Part shown: in pieces, positions 8,455 through 18,382 of the stretch
Position numbering within the stretch: position 1 is the first letter of the stretch
Layout of the letters: each line of letters opens with the position of its first letter
Assembly (NCBI GenBank): GCA_012521995.1
Contig: JAAYLH010000119.1
Span: forward strand, 2,483-66,482
Length of the DNA stretch: 64,000 nt
Reading direction: 5' to 3'
Origin: Bacteroidales bacterium
Lineage (GTDB): Bacteria > Bacteroidota > Bacteroidia > Bacteroidales > UBA7960
Translations under genes and position numbers: made by a program
The notes under the pieces: generated by a model
Seen by the model: the letters and a program-made list of their open reading frames with translations, nothing else
The model's database searches: none
What the model was told of the DNA's origin: nothing

Positions 8455-8570
8455 TTATTCAGGGAGAAAGACCGGTGCTGAAAAAGGCAAATACCATTGC
8501 AGGGATGCTTGGGGGATCAGCATTATGGGTATAATGCGGGTCTTCCCTTGCTGGGTGAGCTTTCCCGTAA

Positions 8571-8610
8571 GGAGAAAAAGAAAGGCTGCCCCGGGGGTCC
8601 TGGGCAGCCT
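8571..8610 (-). terminator. Intrinsic terminator of the 707-aa T9SS cargo gene
   Basis: aggctgccc (8583-8591) pairs with gggcagcct (8602-8610). On the minus strand this is followed by tttctttttctc. Confidence 0.65.
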
Positions 8611-8683
8611 GAAAGAGATCAGGATGGCCAGGCATCAGGGCTTTGCGCTGAGCCTAAGCCAAAGTTTTGGAGGAGCCAGGCCG

Positions 8684-10807
8684 TCAGGGTTTCATCACCT
8701 GTAGTTTTTGCACCCTTGTGCCATGGTTGTTCATCACCTGGACAAAGTAGATTCCTGCTTCAATTCCAGCCAGGTCTATGCTGGTTTCCAAGCCTCCTGC
8801 GATGAGTAATTCGGTGATGGGTTTACCGGTGATGTCCAGGATGCGTACGGATTGCAAAGGGCTTCCCGAGCGGATGGTTACCCTGGTGGAGGCCGGGTTT
8901 GGATACAGGCGTATCGCGGTAAGGGGCCGCTCGGGGACGGAAGCTGTGCTTTGAAATATTGCCTTAAGCAGGAGGTCGTTTTCGGGCATGCTGAAGGTCA
9001 TGGCGGGCTCATCGCCAAATTCCTCGCCCGAATCATCTTCCCATTCCAGGAAGATAAACCCCGAGGCCGGGGTGGCGGTGATGGTGACCTCGGTGCCTGC
9101 TACAAAATCGCCTGCACCATCCACGGATCCGCCTTCTTCGGGCACAGCCCGGAGGGTAAGGGAATACAGGGGTATTTCCACAAAGGTGGCGTTGATGGAT
9201 TTGTCCTCGCTCAGGATGATGGTGGCGAGGGCTTCGTCGGATACCAGGTCACCGGACCAACCTTCAAACAGCCATCCATCCTGTGCGAGGGCTTCCAGGC
9301 TCAGGGTGGTGCCTTCTTCGAAGCTCAGGGGTTCGGAATAAGGCAGGCCCTCCACTTCGACGGTGCCGTTGCCGGTGATGTCGATGGTCAGGGAATACAT
9401 TTCAGACCCATTGCCCAGGGTGCCATTGGTCCGGAGGTTCTGGGCATAGAGGTCGACTCCGTCCGAGCGGTCATCTTCCCAGGCAAACACCCATTGTCCC
9501 CCGTGATAAGGAGCCATATCGAGGTGGACCTTGTTGGATTGCACTGAAGAAATGAGGGTCTCAGCGGGGTCCCACACAAAGGCCCCCTCCTTGTCGAGGC
9601 GGAGGGCTCTCAGCGAGGTTTGGCCGCCCATGATATTATGCTCGTAGACCAGGATGACATGATCGTCAAGGGGCATCGCAAATTGCGGTAAGAGCCCCTG
9701 GTCTGATACAGGGAAGATCACCTTGCCCTGTTCGCCCCAGAGCAATTGCCCTTCGGAGTTCACTTTCTGTCCATAGATACCCCATTGGTTCTGGTCGCCG
9801 TTCACTTCGTTCCAGTAGATGTACACATCGGGGTCCACATGGGGTTTTGCCAGTTGGGGATAGAACTGGTTGAAATTTGTGCGGTTGGAGAGCAGCACGC
9901 CGTTTTCGGGCAGGAGGGGTTGTCCATCGCCATCGACATGTTGGAGCCAGGAAGAGGCGGCGGTGCCAGACTGGCTGAAGTCGTGCCAGGCCATGTAGAA
10001 GCCATCGTTGCCATCGTTGACAAAGGGCAGGATCTGGTACCAAGCCTGGATGGCGCCCAGGTTGTATACCACTGTAAAGTCATCCCAAACGGGCTGGCCA
10101 TCGGCATCGTAACGCCGGGCCAGGATATGGCGGGTAGGCGACCAGGAAGGTCCACTGTCCTCAAAGATCTTCAGGATGACCTCATCTTCGCCCACAGGCA
10201 ACAACTGGGGCCAGGAATAGGTGTTGGAACCACTGAGGGTGATGCCCCACTCACCCCATAGCTTAGTGCCTTCGGGGCTGATCTTTTGGAGGATAACCAC
10301 ATTGTCGGCATTCCATGCAAACACAGCAGAATTGGCATCGGTGATCACCACTTTAGGGGAGACGTCGAATGAGCCGCTGCTCGAAAGCATGATACCATCA
10401 GGCCCCCAGACGAATTCGCCATCGGGCGAGATACGGTAGGCCACGGTATTGTTGTTGCCGCCTTGGCGAATGTCCTGCCAGGTAAGGATGGCGTGGTTTT
10501 CGTGGTCGACGGTCATATCCCAGTCGGTGAGCCAGCTCATGCTGGGATGCTCACTGATCAGCAATCCGTTTTCAGCCCACAAGCGGTTGCCCTGGGCATC
10601 GCAGCGTTGCAGGCGAACATTGTAGTTAGCCCCTTCCAGGGAAAAATACCCTATGTAGTAATGGCCATCAGGGCCCACGCCCACCTTTGGGATCACTTCT
10701 TCGCCCGGGAGATTCGTCACCCGGAGATTTGTTGCGGAATCATCGCTCCACTGGGCCATGACCAGCAAAGGGAAAAAACACAAAAGAAAGAGTAGTTTTG
10801 TTTTCAT
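8684..10807 (-). CDS. T9SS-secreted protein: W-rich beta-propeller-like N-terminal region, two InlB-B-repeat-like (Listeria/Bacteroides repeat) domains, type-A CTD
   Basis: 707 aa. Signal peptide MKTKLLFLLCFFPLLVMAQ. YSLTIDITGNGTVEVEG...GWLFEGWSGDL and YSLTLRAVPEEGGSVDGAG...GFIFLEWED are repeat-domain signatures. C-terminus RLYPNPASTRVTI...GIYFVQVMNNHGTRVQKLQVMKP. Confidence 0.85.
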   Translation of the reverse strand: MKTKLLFLLCFFPLLVMAQWSDDSATNLRVTNLPGEEVIPKVGVGPDGHYYIGYFSLEGANYNVRLQRCDAQGNRLWAENGLLISEHPSMSWLTDWDMTVDHENHAILTWQDIRQGGNNNTVAYRISPDGEFVWGPDGIMLSSSGSFDVSPKVVITDANSAVFAWNADNVVILQKISPEGTKLWGEWGITLSGSNTYSWPQLLPVGEDEVILKIFEDSGPSWSPTRHILARRYDADGQPVWDDFTVVYNLGAIQAWYQILPFVNDGNDGFYMAWHDFSQSGTAASSWLQHVDGDGQPLLPENGVLLSNRTNFNQFYPQLAKPHVDPDVYIYWNEVNGDQNQWGIYGQKVNSEGQLLWGEQGKVIFPVSDQGLLPQFAMPLDDHVILVYEHNIMGGQTSLRALRLDKEGAFVWDPAETLISSVQSNKVHLDMAPYHGGQWVFAWEDDRSDGVDLYAQNLRTNGTLGNGSEMYSLTIDITGNGTVEVEGLPYSEPLSFEEGTTLSLEALAQDGWLFEGWSGDLVSDEALATIILSEDKSINATFVEIPLYSLTLRAVPEEGGSVDGAGDFVAGTEVTITATPASGFIFLEWEDDSGEEFGDEPAMTFSMPENDLLLKAIFQSTASVPERPLTAIRLYPNPASTRVTIRSGSPLQSVRILDITGKPITELLIAGGLETSIDLAGIEAGIYFVQVMNNHGTRVQKLQVMKP

Positions 10808-10902
10808 GGGGTCGCTGATTAAAATGAGAAAGCTGCCAATAAATTTAATAAAAATTGATAATCAAGGCAATAGCCTCAAGAAATATTTTCAGGCACCTGG
10901 GG

Positions 10903-10935
10903 ATAAAAAAAACCGGGTCGCTTTTGGCGACCCGG
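10903..10935 (-). terminator. Intrinsic terminator of the 1469-aa T9SS cargo gene
   Basis: ccgggtcgc (10913-10921) pairs with gcgacccgg (10927-10935). A 9-nt A-run on the plus strand (10904-10912) is the T-run on the minus strand. Confidence 0.8.
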
Positions 10936-10980
10936 AAAAATGAATGCTAAAATTACCCAAGAAGAGAAGCAACCTAAGGG

Positions 10981-13900
10981 CTACTTTATGATCAGTTTTT
11001 CAGTTTCCATTTTTTTAGTTGTCTGAACCTGCAGGATATAGGTGCCAGGTTTAAGGTTCAAGCTGATGTTGTTATGGCCGTCGGGAAGATTATCGCCATA
11101 GATCAACTGTCCGTTGAGGTCGATGATACGGACCTGTGCAGGTTCGGGAAGAACCAGGTTGAATGTTCCATTGCTGGGGTTTGGATAAACATGCAGCCGG
11201 TCTTGGGTCAGGGGTTCATCCACATCGACAGAACTCAGGATTTCAACGGAGGCTCTTTCAGAAGCACCGCTGTGATAAACGGCTTCCACTTCCACCAGGT
11301 GGGTTCCGGCTTCCAGGCCGGCAAGCTGATGGGTCATATCGGTGATTTCCTGAGCGACCATAGCTCCATCCAGGTAGATGTTGAATGACTGCACGTGATC
11401 AAAGGGCTTTTGGTATTCCAGGTCATCGATCAACAAAAAGTAGGTATCGAATGACACATACTGGATTGCCAGGTATTTTGTTCCTTCGGGAGCCTCAAAC
11501 GAATACTGGGTCCACATTACCGGGGGGATAATACCCGATCCTTCAGGAAGGGCATTAAAGTCGGCGGGTTGGCTGCCAGAGGTTGAATACAATACGTTGA
11601 AGGTCTCGGGGGAATCGCTCACCAGAGAACTGGCCATGAAAGAGAAGGTACCCGGGCCAGCGGGGATGATCAACCAGTCGTTATTGGGGCCGCTGGGGCC
11701 TGCCAGAGCCACCAGGTAACGGCTGCCTGAGAAAGGTTCAAGGTTAACAGCGGGTGATGTTGCAAAAGGATTGAACACCATCCAGGACATGGGGTTTCCT
11801 GCCCCGGGCCAGGTAAAGTTTGTATAGGTGTAGGTTTCGAGCCCATCGCCATCGATCAGGATGTAATCACCGATATTTGTTTTCTCAAAATCGGGATAGG
11901 ATTCAATGTTGTCGGTGAATACACCATGGAGTGCCCAGGACAGTGTTGCCGAAGAGCCGTCTTCGTTCAGCTCGGCCTTCAGGCCTGAGGGCATCACCTT
12001 GTTTTCATAGACAGGCACCTCCAGGGTTTGGCTTTCCATAATGGCGACATTTTCCATTTCAAGCAACTTATAGTTGTCCATCTGGACCTCCAGGTTGTAG
12101 TTGCCTCTCCAGACCCCGTTAAAGGCAGAGGGGTTTTCAAAGTCTTCCACATGGGTTTCATATAAGTAGTCGTCATTCCACAAGCGGATGTATGCCTGTG
12201 CAGGCAACAAGGAATTGGGTTGCAGCTCAAGTGCAATGTTGAAAATCATTTCCAAAGGCAGGGGGTTTGAGAGGGACATCTCGGAGAACTGTTCAGGTCC
12301 ATACTGAGCCATCACCCCATAGCGGTAAATTGCCGGCTCTTCATCCTGGATTGTGTTATCAAGGAATGTATTTTCAGCAACGGCAGTGGGCGTAAGGTCA
12401 GTCCAAGATGATGGTTCAGCATCAGCAAGGCCCCTGAACACCTTATAACCCAAAGGATCAGCTTCAACGGTGGTGTGAACAATGCCGTAGATATTCCAGT
12501 TTTTGTTTGTCAGGCTCATGCCGGTCCAGGTGCCATCAGAATAGAGCATACTACCTTTCTTAAGGGGAGCATTGGGGCCCTCATCAATGCCGATTGGGTA
12601 AGCCCCGTATCCGGGAAGGAAATGAATCCCGATCCAGAACTCCTGGGTTTGATCAATCAGGATAGATTGGTTAAGCTCAAAAGTATACCAACCAGAGGCA
12701 TCGACAGAACCTTCCTGTTCGTAGAGCAGGGTAGATGCGTTTTCGCCCTGGAACACCTTGATAATAAAGTCAGCATAGTTGTGGAAATGGACCTTAACGT
12801 GGGTTAGCTTTCCATTTTCGGGAAGAGCTTCCTGGAGGTCAAGGTGAGAGAAGCGGATGCCGGCAATAAACTCATCGCCGCCAAAGCCGTAGCCATCGTT
12901 AACGTTTGTTTGGGTACCCCAAGCCAGCATAGATTCGTGGTCAAGGCCATAGGGAACATCCCAATTCACTTGTGCAACACCCTCATCGAGGGCAGCAACC
13001 ACGTTCATTGGCTTATGGGGGGTTACGCCCAGTTTAATGGTACCAATGGAATAGTCGGCGGAGCCACTTGTAAAGTTATCCACATAGCTATTGAAAAGCG
13101 GGTGGATCACTTCAAGCTGGTAATCCTTTTCGCCATAGGCCTGAAGGCTGAAGGCTCCATTTTCATCGGTTTCGGCATTGAATAATGAATAGCCCGAGAG
13201 GTTCACATAGGCATTTGCAATGGGGGTCCCTGCCTGATTGGTAACGGTACCCGAAATGGAAATGATCGATGCATCCGACAGGGAAACATTAAGCACCAGT
13301 TCCTGCTCGGGGTCCAGGCTTATCTCCGCTACTTCAGTATTGAATCCTTCCTTAAAAAAGGTCACTTCATAATTACCGGGGAGCAGGGCATCAAAGCTAA
13401 AGGTTCCGTCGGCCAGGGTGAGGGTGGTTTCCTGCTGGTAGGCTGCAGGGTCGTTTTCTGCAGGTACAAGGGTAACGCTAACCCCCTCGAGGCCAGTAGA
13501 TCCATCAGCAATTGTAACCAATCCCGCTACGGAGGCAAAGTCATGGATTTTGGTGGTTACAATACTCGGAATGGTACCGATCTCTGAAGTAGCCCAGGAA
13601 GCGGGCTGAGTGGTCACGGTGCTCATATCCACCCCGTAGCCAATGGCATAATAGGTGCGCATGCCTTCCACCTGGGTGTTGTAGAACACCCTGTTGGTAA
13701 CGGTGGGCAGGTTTTCGGTCAGGGGTTTCACCACGGTAATGATCACATTCTGTCCGCTTTCGGCATCATAGAAGAATGGCTGATCGAGCTCGATCTCTAT
13801 GGCCCTGGGCCCGGCTTGAAAAGTAATGGGGCCTTCGTAAACCAGTTTTTGGGTCCCAAAATACTGCCAAACAGCATCGCTGAGGGAGGTACCAAACACT

Positions 13901-15390
13901 TCGCGGTCGGTGGTACTCATATAAATCTTATAGGTATTTGAACCGCCATCAGAGCCCAGGTTGCTAAAATAGGCCAGGTTGGTGATGAGGCCCGCAGAGC
14001 CGATCTCATCGGCATAATAAATGCTTTGCGAGATAATGGAGGCGCGGGTCAGCTCGAATACTTGTTCCGATTCATATTTCCCGTAGGTCACAGGCTCCTG
14101 GTATTCGGTCATGCCTGAATAGGCGTTCACCATCCCGGGTTCTCCTGATTCTTCAGGGGTAACATGAGCCACAACAGAATAGGTATATAGGTTAAAGTCG
14201 GGGACCTCGGCTTCAAGGAAAGAAGTATCAGGGTGCATGGCGACGAGGGTATCGGTCTGATTTCCAGCCTTACGGGTAAGGGTATAGCCTGTTACGGGAT
14301 CCTGGAGGATTCCGCCATTGGCACCATAATTCACCTCATTCCAGGAGATAACAGACTGATTGTTTTCGTCAGGTGTAACTGTGATTGTATGGGGAGCGCC
14401 AGGTACTGTTTCGTAGTCAAGGAAGAGGAATTCAGAAGTGTACTGAAGCCCATCACCATTGGTATTAAAGGGGATCATGCGGTAGGCGAAGAAACCTGTG
14501 CCCACAATGTTATCGTCAGTAAAGCTAACTTCTTCACCGGGTTCCATGTCTTCAATGACAGCAATCTCGGAGAACGACATGGGGTGTGTCCCCCGGAAGA
14601 TACGAACCCCATTAAGTTCTGTCAGGGCGCCTTCAGTAGCATCCACAACAGGGTTGGTCCAGTTCAGGTGAACGGCCATTTGTTCACCGAGTTCGACTTC
14701 TGCATCAAAGCCGGTGATCATTCCAGGGCTTTGGGGAGCGGAAGTGGCAGTAAATTCCACATCATCCACCATCAGGCAATAGGCATAGGAAACGTGAACG
14801 ATGGCAAGGTGTTTCGCCCCGGCGGGGATATCAAACTCGTGGCGTGTCCAAACAAAAGCAGCGGTATAAGGGTTTCCGTTATTGAAGAAGGTGAAGTCGG
14901 AAGGGTCTGTTCCTGTAGTGGAGTACCCCACTTTAAACTCCTCATCGCCATAGAAATCAAAGGTTCCTTTTGCATAAAAAACAAACTGCCCGCCATTGTG
15001 GGGGGCCAGCTCACTGGTGATCATCCAGTTGTTGCTGGGACCATCATTGGAGGTGATACCCATAAACACCTTATCACCCGAACGGGGCTGATATTCAGGG
15101 AATGTATTCGGAGGATTGGTTTTCGAAGGATTATACATAATAAAAGCCTGGGGCTGATTCTTATTGGGATAATCGTGGAAAGGACCTGCAGGGACCAAGC
15201 CATCCTCGTCTAACATTATCCATCCTTCAATCTTATCAATGGCAAAATCATCATGCCATTCTGCATTATCCATAAAGGAATAAAGCAGGTTGTCCTTGTT
15301 GGAAGCGGGCCCCTCTGATGCGGTCACACGGGGTGCGAGTGACAGAAACATGAGCATCAGAAAAAAGAGGGCAGAGTGAAACTTTTTCAT
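10981..15390 (-). CDS. Giant T9SS-secreted adhesin-like protein: two choice-of-anchor-J / cleaved-adhesin-like domains, FN3-like and two CarboxypepD_reg-like domains, type-A CTD
   Basis: 1469 aa. Signal peptide MKKFHSALFFLMLMFLSLAPRVTAS. N-terminal module ends ...HLAIVHVSYAYCLMVDDVEF and a second module ends ...YLAIQYVSFDTYFLLIDDLEY. GVSVTLVPAEN...GNYEVTFFKEGF and ISGTVTNQAGTPIANAYVNL are CarboxypepD_reg-like. C-terminus VYPNPSNGTFNLV...GTYILQVQTTKKMETEKLIIK. Confidence 0.85.
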   Translation of the reverse strand: MKKFHSALFFLMLMFLSLAPRVTASEGPASNKDNLLYSFMDNAEWHDDFAIDKIEGWIMLDEDGLVPAGPFHDYPNKNQPQAFIMYNPSKTNPPNTFPEYQPRSGDKVFMGITSNDGPSNNWMITSELAPHNGGQFVFYAKGTFDFYGDEEFKVGYSTTGTDPSDFTFFNNGNPYTAAFVWTRHEFDIPAGAKHLAIVHVSYAYCLMVDDVEFTATSAPQSPGMITGFDAEVELGEQMAVHLNWTNPVVDATEGALTELNGVRIFRGTHPMSFSEIAVIEDMEPGEEVSFTDDNIVGTGFFAYRMIPFNTNGDGLQYTSEFLFLDYETVPGAPHTITVTPDENNQSVISWNEVNYGANGGILQDPVTGYTLTRKAGNQTDTLVAMHPDTSFLEAEVPDFNLYTYSVVAHVTPEESGEPGMVNAYSGMTEYQEPVTYGKYESEQVFELTRASIISQSIYYADEIGSAGLITNLAYFSNLGSDGGSNTYKIYMSTTDREVFGTSLSDAVWQYFGTQKLVYEGPITFQAGPRAIEIELDQPFFYDAESGQNVIITVVKPLTENLPTVTNRVFYNTQVEGMRTYYAIGYGVDMSTVTTQPASWATSEIGTIPSIVTTKIHDFASVAGLVTIADGSTGLEGVSVTLVPAENDPAAYQQETTLTLADGTFSFDALLPGNYEVTFFKEGFNTEVAEISLDPEQELVLNVSLSDASIISISGTVTNQAGTPIANAYVNLSGYSLFNAETDENGAFSLQAYGEKDYQLEVIHPLFNSYVDNFTSGSADYSIGTIKLGVTPHKPMNVVAALDEGVAQVNWDVPYGLDHESMLAWGTQTNVNDGYGFGGDEFIAGIRFSHLDLQEALPENGKLTHVKVHFHNYADFIIKVFQGENASTLLYEQEGSVDASGWYTFELNQSILIDQTQEFWIGIHFLPGYGAYPIGIDEGPNAPLKKGSMLYSDGTWTGMSLTNKNWNIYGIVHTTVEADPLGYKVFRGLADAEPSSWTDLTPTAVAENTFLDNTIQDEEPAIYRYGVMAQYGPEQFSEMSLSNPLPLEMIFNIALELQPNSLLPAQAYIRLWNDDYLYETHVEDFENPSAFNGVWRGNYNLEVQMDNYKLLEMENVAIMESQTLEVPVYENKVMPSGLKAELNEDGSSATLSWALHGVFTDNIESYPDFEKTNIGDYILIDGDGLETYTYTNFTWPGAGNPMSWMVFNPFATSPAVNLEPFSGSRYLVALAGPSGPNNDWLIIPAGPGTFSFMASSLVSDSPETFNVLYSTSGSQPADFNALPEGSGIIPPVMWTQYSFEAPEGTKYLAIQYVSFDTYFLLIDDLEYQKPFDHVQSFNIYLDGAMVAQEITDMTHQLAGLEAGTHLVEVEAVYHSGASERASVEILSSVDVDEPLTQDRLHVYPNPSNGTFNLVLPEPAQVRIIDLNGQLIYGDNLPDGHNNISLNLKPGTYILQVQTTKKMETEKLIIK

Positions 15391-15529
15391 TGCATTAAAA
15401 TTTAATTAACATCAGGTAAAATTAGTAGAGCTACAAAGGAAACTTTTATCTCAATAAGAAGCAAAGGCAATTTCTCCATCTCGTCCCAAAGAGATACATC
15501 TCCTCCCTTTCCTTCAGATATACAACAGC

Positions 15530-16696
15530 TTACCTTTGCAAAAAAATTTTTCTGAACTCTGCAGGGGTCATTTTTTCCTGGGTTTTGAAAAGACGATAAA
15601 AAACGGAAACGGAACCAAAGCCGGCCTCAGAAGCGATGGCCTCGATTGTAAAATGCTCCAGTCTTTCATTTGACAGGAGGCGTTTGCTTTCTTCAATGCG
15701 AAGGGCATTGATGTAATCGTAGAAATTCTTTTGGAGATGATTGTTCAGGGCGGCAGAAACCGAATTGCGCGATTCGCCGGTCTCCCGGGCAAGGTCGCTG
15801 AGGCTGATGGCGGGGTTTTTAAACAGTTTTTTTTCTTCCATCACTTTTTGCAGCCTTTTCAAAACATCCTCCCCTTTCTTGCTGACCTGGGGAGCAATTA
15901 TAGGAGCCTTGAACCCGGAAGGGCGATGAGACAACATTGGGGTATACTTCACTTCGACGGGGCGAACAGGAAGGGTAAACAAATAGGGGTGCCTGACAAT
16001 ACTCAGGGTGATATGGAAAAGACTCCAGGCCATCACCCCATGATAGGCCATATACAAGAGGTAGGCATTCACATGGGCCGACTTAATAATGGTGGATACT
16101 CCCCCGATGAGAAATACAGGAACAAAAAGCGAATTGATGATCCTCAGCCATTCCAGTTTCTTGTTTTCAATGTCGGAATACTCATCCTTAAGCTTTTGCT
16201 GCCAGAGGTTCAGCAAGCGATTGGCTTTAAAGAAATAGAAGGGACCTTGAACCATCGCCACCAGGGAGCTTGCCATGCTCCGTGACGAATACCAGGGGTG
16301 GCTGCGCAAGCCGTCAATGGTTGCCCCCTGACTGAGAAACAAATAAAGGGTAAAGGCCAGGTATACATAAACCGGGAGGAAATGTAAGTGGTCTTTTCTG
16401 CGGAAGGAATCGTATTCAAAGAAAAGGTACTTGACGTACAGGAACAGGGGCGGGAAGAGCGTCAGAGACACCATGGGGCCGATAAAGGAGGTTATGGCCC
16501 TGCTGAAATAAGGTGCTCCATGGATAAAAGCAAAAAACCAGTAACAGGAAAACCCCCAGGAAAGGGTGAGCAGGGCAAGCAAATAGCTTGCAAAAGGCTT
16601 CTGTCGGTTTTTGAGCAGCAACACCATACTGGTAACCGCCTGAGAGGCCCCAAAGAGCATGAAGACCGAGAAAAATAATTCAAAAGTCCTTAACAT
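15530..16696 (-). CDS. Membrane-anchored AraC-family transcriptional regulator (polytopic N-terminal domain plus C-terminal HTH_18)
   Basis: The track ORF (to 16900) was trimmed to the ATG at 16696 (MLRTFELFFSVFMLFGASQ...), which removes the overlap with the radical SAM gene. About 7 hydrophobic spans. C-terminal ISLSDLARETGESRNSVSAALNNHL...FTIEAIASEAGFGSVSVFYRLFKTQEKMTPAEFRK. Confidence 0.8.
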   Translation of the reverse strand: MLRTFELFFSVFMLFGASQAVTSMVLLLKNRQKPFASYLLALLTLSWGFSCYWFFAFIHGAPYFSRAITSFIGPMVSLTLFPPLFLYVKYLFFEYDSFRRKDHLHFLPVYVYLAFTLYLFLSQGATIDGLRSHPWYSSRSMASSLVAMVQGPFYFFKANRLLNLWQQKLKDEYSDIENKKLEWLRIINSLFVPVFLIGGVSTIIKSAHVNAYLLYMAYHGVMAWSLFHITLSIVRHPYLFTLPVRPVEVKYTPMLSHRPSGFKAPIIAPQVSKKGEDVLKRLQKVMEEKKLFKNPAISLSDLARETGESRNSVSAALNNHLQKNFYDYINALRIEESKRLLSNERLEHFTIEAIASEAGFGSVSVFYRLFKTQEKMTPAEFRKIFLQR

Positions 16697-16782
16697 ATGG
16701 TTGCAGAAAAGTGACACAAAAGTACTGAAATAATAGGGAACGGGAAAAAGGGGGAAAAAGGCTGAAAAGAATTTTTCCCTGC

Positions 16783-17790
16783 TTATTCCATTACAAAAAC
16801 CTGTTCTCCACACTGACTGCAATGCCCCGAGGCAGTGACTGCATAAAGCGTGGTGGTGTAAACACGCCTGTCGGCAAGCAACTTCCCGCAGTAATGACAA
16901 CGGGTAGCGGACATCTCAGCCCCCCCTGCCACATTGCCCAAGTAAACATAATGCAAAAATTCACAGGCTATTTCATGCATATATTTGAGAAGAGAGACGG
17001 AGGTGGGAGGCTGCTGAGAGAAATGCCAGGGAAAATACCTCGAAATATGCAATGGAATGTGCGCTCCCAGCTCGCCGGCCATCCATTGTATCATCTCTTT
17101 GAAAAGGGACAGGTCATCGTTTAAACCCGGAATGGGCAGAAAAGTGACCTCAAGGTGAGCGTCGCTACGGGCGATTGAAAGCAGGCAATCCTTTACTGAA
17201 TCGAGGCTGCCGCCGCATAGCTTTTCATAAAACAGAGGGCTGAAGCTTTTCAGATCAATGTTGAAGGCATGAGTTATCTCCAGCAACTCTTTTAGGGGTT
17301 CAGGCAGAATATACCCGTTGCTCACCATTATGTTTTTTTTACCTGCCTCCTTGACCCGAACCGCGGTATCTACCATGAACTCAAACCATACCAAAGGCTC
17401 GTTATAGGTATAGGCCAAACCAATACTCCCTGACTCAATGGCTTTCTCAGCCAGGCTGTTTGCAGTAATGGCTTTCATCATGGGAAAATTTTCAATACCT
17501 GCCTGTGAGATATTGCGGTTCTGACACCAGCCGCAACGAAAATTACAACCAAAACTGCCTGCAGAAAGAACTGCCTGTCCCGGGAAGAAATGGAAAAGGG
17601 GTTTCTTTTCAACGGGGTCAAGGTGCAAGCCCGTAATCCTGCCATAATTTTCTGAAACCAAGCGGCCCAAAACATTCTTACGAGCCATGCAAACCCCTCG
17701 CACTCCTTCGTCCAACAGACATTTGTTGGGACAAAGCCTGCAACCGGCCCTCCCATCCTCATAACGGATATAATGCCTGGCTTCCTGCAT
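16783..17790 (-). CDS. AmmeMemoRadiSam-system radical SAM enzyme (PFL-activase-like)
   Basis: 335 aa. N-terminal Cys cluster RAGCRLCPNKCLLDEGVRGVC, radical SAM motif GCNFRCGWCQN, C-terminal zinc-ribbon-like CHYCGK...CSQCGE. Confidence 0.8.
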   Translation of the reverse strand: MQEARHYIRYEDGRAGCRLCPNKCLLDEGVRGVCMARKNVLGRLVSENYGRITGLHLDPVEKKPLFHFFPGQAVLSAGSFGCNFRCGWCQNRNISQAGIENFPMMKAITANSLAEKAIESGSIGLAYTYNEPLVWFEFMVDTAVRVKEAGKKNIMVSNGYILPEPLKELLEITHAFNIDLKSFSPLFYEKLCGGSLDSVKDCLLSIARSDAHLEVTFLPIPGLNDDLSLFKEMIQWMAGELGAHIPLHISRYFPWHFSQQPPTSVSLLKYMHEIACEFLHYVYLGNVAGGAEMSATRCHYCGKLLADRRVYTTTLYAVTASGHCSQCGEQVFVME

Positions 17791-17845
17791 GGTAACCCGG
17801 GATTACGATCCTGAAATTTAAGAAAATTAAAGGGGAAATCAAAAT

Positions 17846-18382
17846 CTAAGTGGAGGTGGCAAACCGGGATTTGAGGGCCTCCACCATCTTAATTTTTTTC
17901 GAAAACAACCAGACACCCAACCCAAGCACCAGGAAAACCACTCCTGCAACCAGGAACCCATTCATTCCTGTATAGGCCAAGAATTTTCCCATATCCTCCC
18001 CTGCAACATTGCCACCCAATTCATAAACCACGGGGATAAAGATATTTGGAATCAAAGTCCCAAAAATTCCAAAAGAAAGAAGGAGGATAATTTTCTGCTG
18101 TATCAAGGGTTTTTGTTTATGGACAAAACCCATGATCAGGAACCAAAGCAACACAGGAACCACAGGACCTGCAATGGAGATCAAGGCCCGCTGCAAGGAA
18201 GAAAAATTACCTGAATAGCTCACATGGGGATTTCCACCAAACAAATTAACATCAATCTTGGTCACTTCTCCCCCAAAAACCATTGCCGTCAGGGCATGAG
18301 CTCCTTCGTGAACCAGGGTATATACCTGAACGATGGCAAATAACAAGATCAGCAAAAAAATTATGTTAACAGGTTTTTTCAT
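17846..18382 (-). CDS. Membrane protein with HExxH motif (M50B-like / DUF3267-like putative metalloprotease)
   Basis: 178 aa with 4-5 hydrophobic spans. LVHEGAHALTAMVFGG sits directly after TM1. Confidence 0.6.
   Translation of the reverse strand: MKKPVNIIFLLILLFAIVQVYTLVHEGAHALTAMVFGGEVTKIDVNLFGGNPHVSYSGNFSSLQRALISIAGPVVPVLLWFLIMGFVHKQKPLIQQKIILLLSFGIFGTLIPNIFIPVVYELGGNVAGEDMGKFLAYTGMNGFLVAGVVFLVLGLGVWLFSKKIKMVEALKSRFATST

Noticed and set aside
8325-8534. 69-aa ORF (MALLQSYFRRTLDVLQTYLRRTLDV...) spanning the 11-bp repeat array.
   Set aside because: Its repetitive peptide is simply the translation of the tandem DNA repeat (3 x 11 bp = 11 codons). It has no promoter motif and no coding signature.
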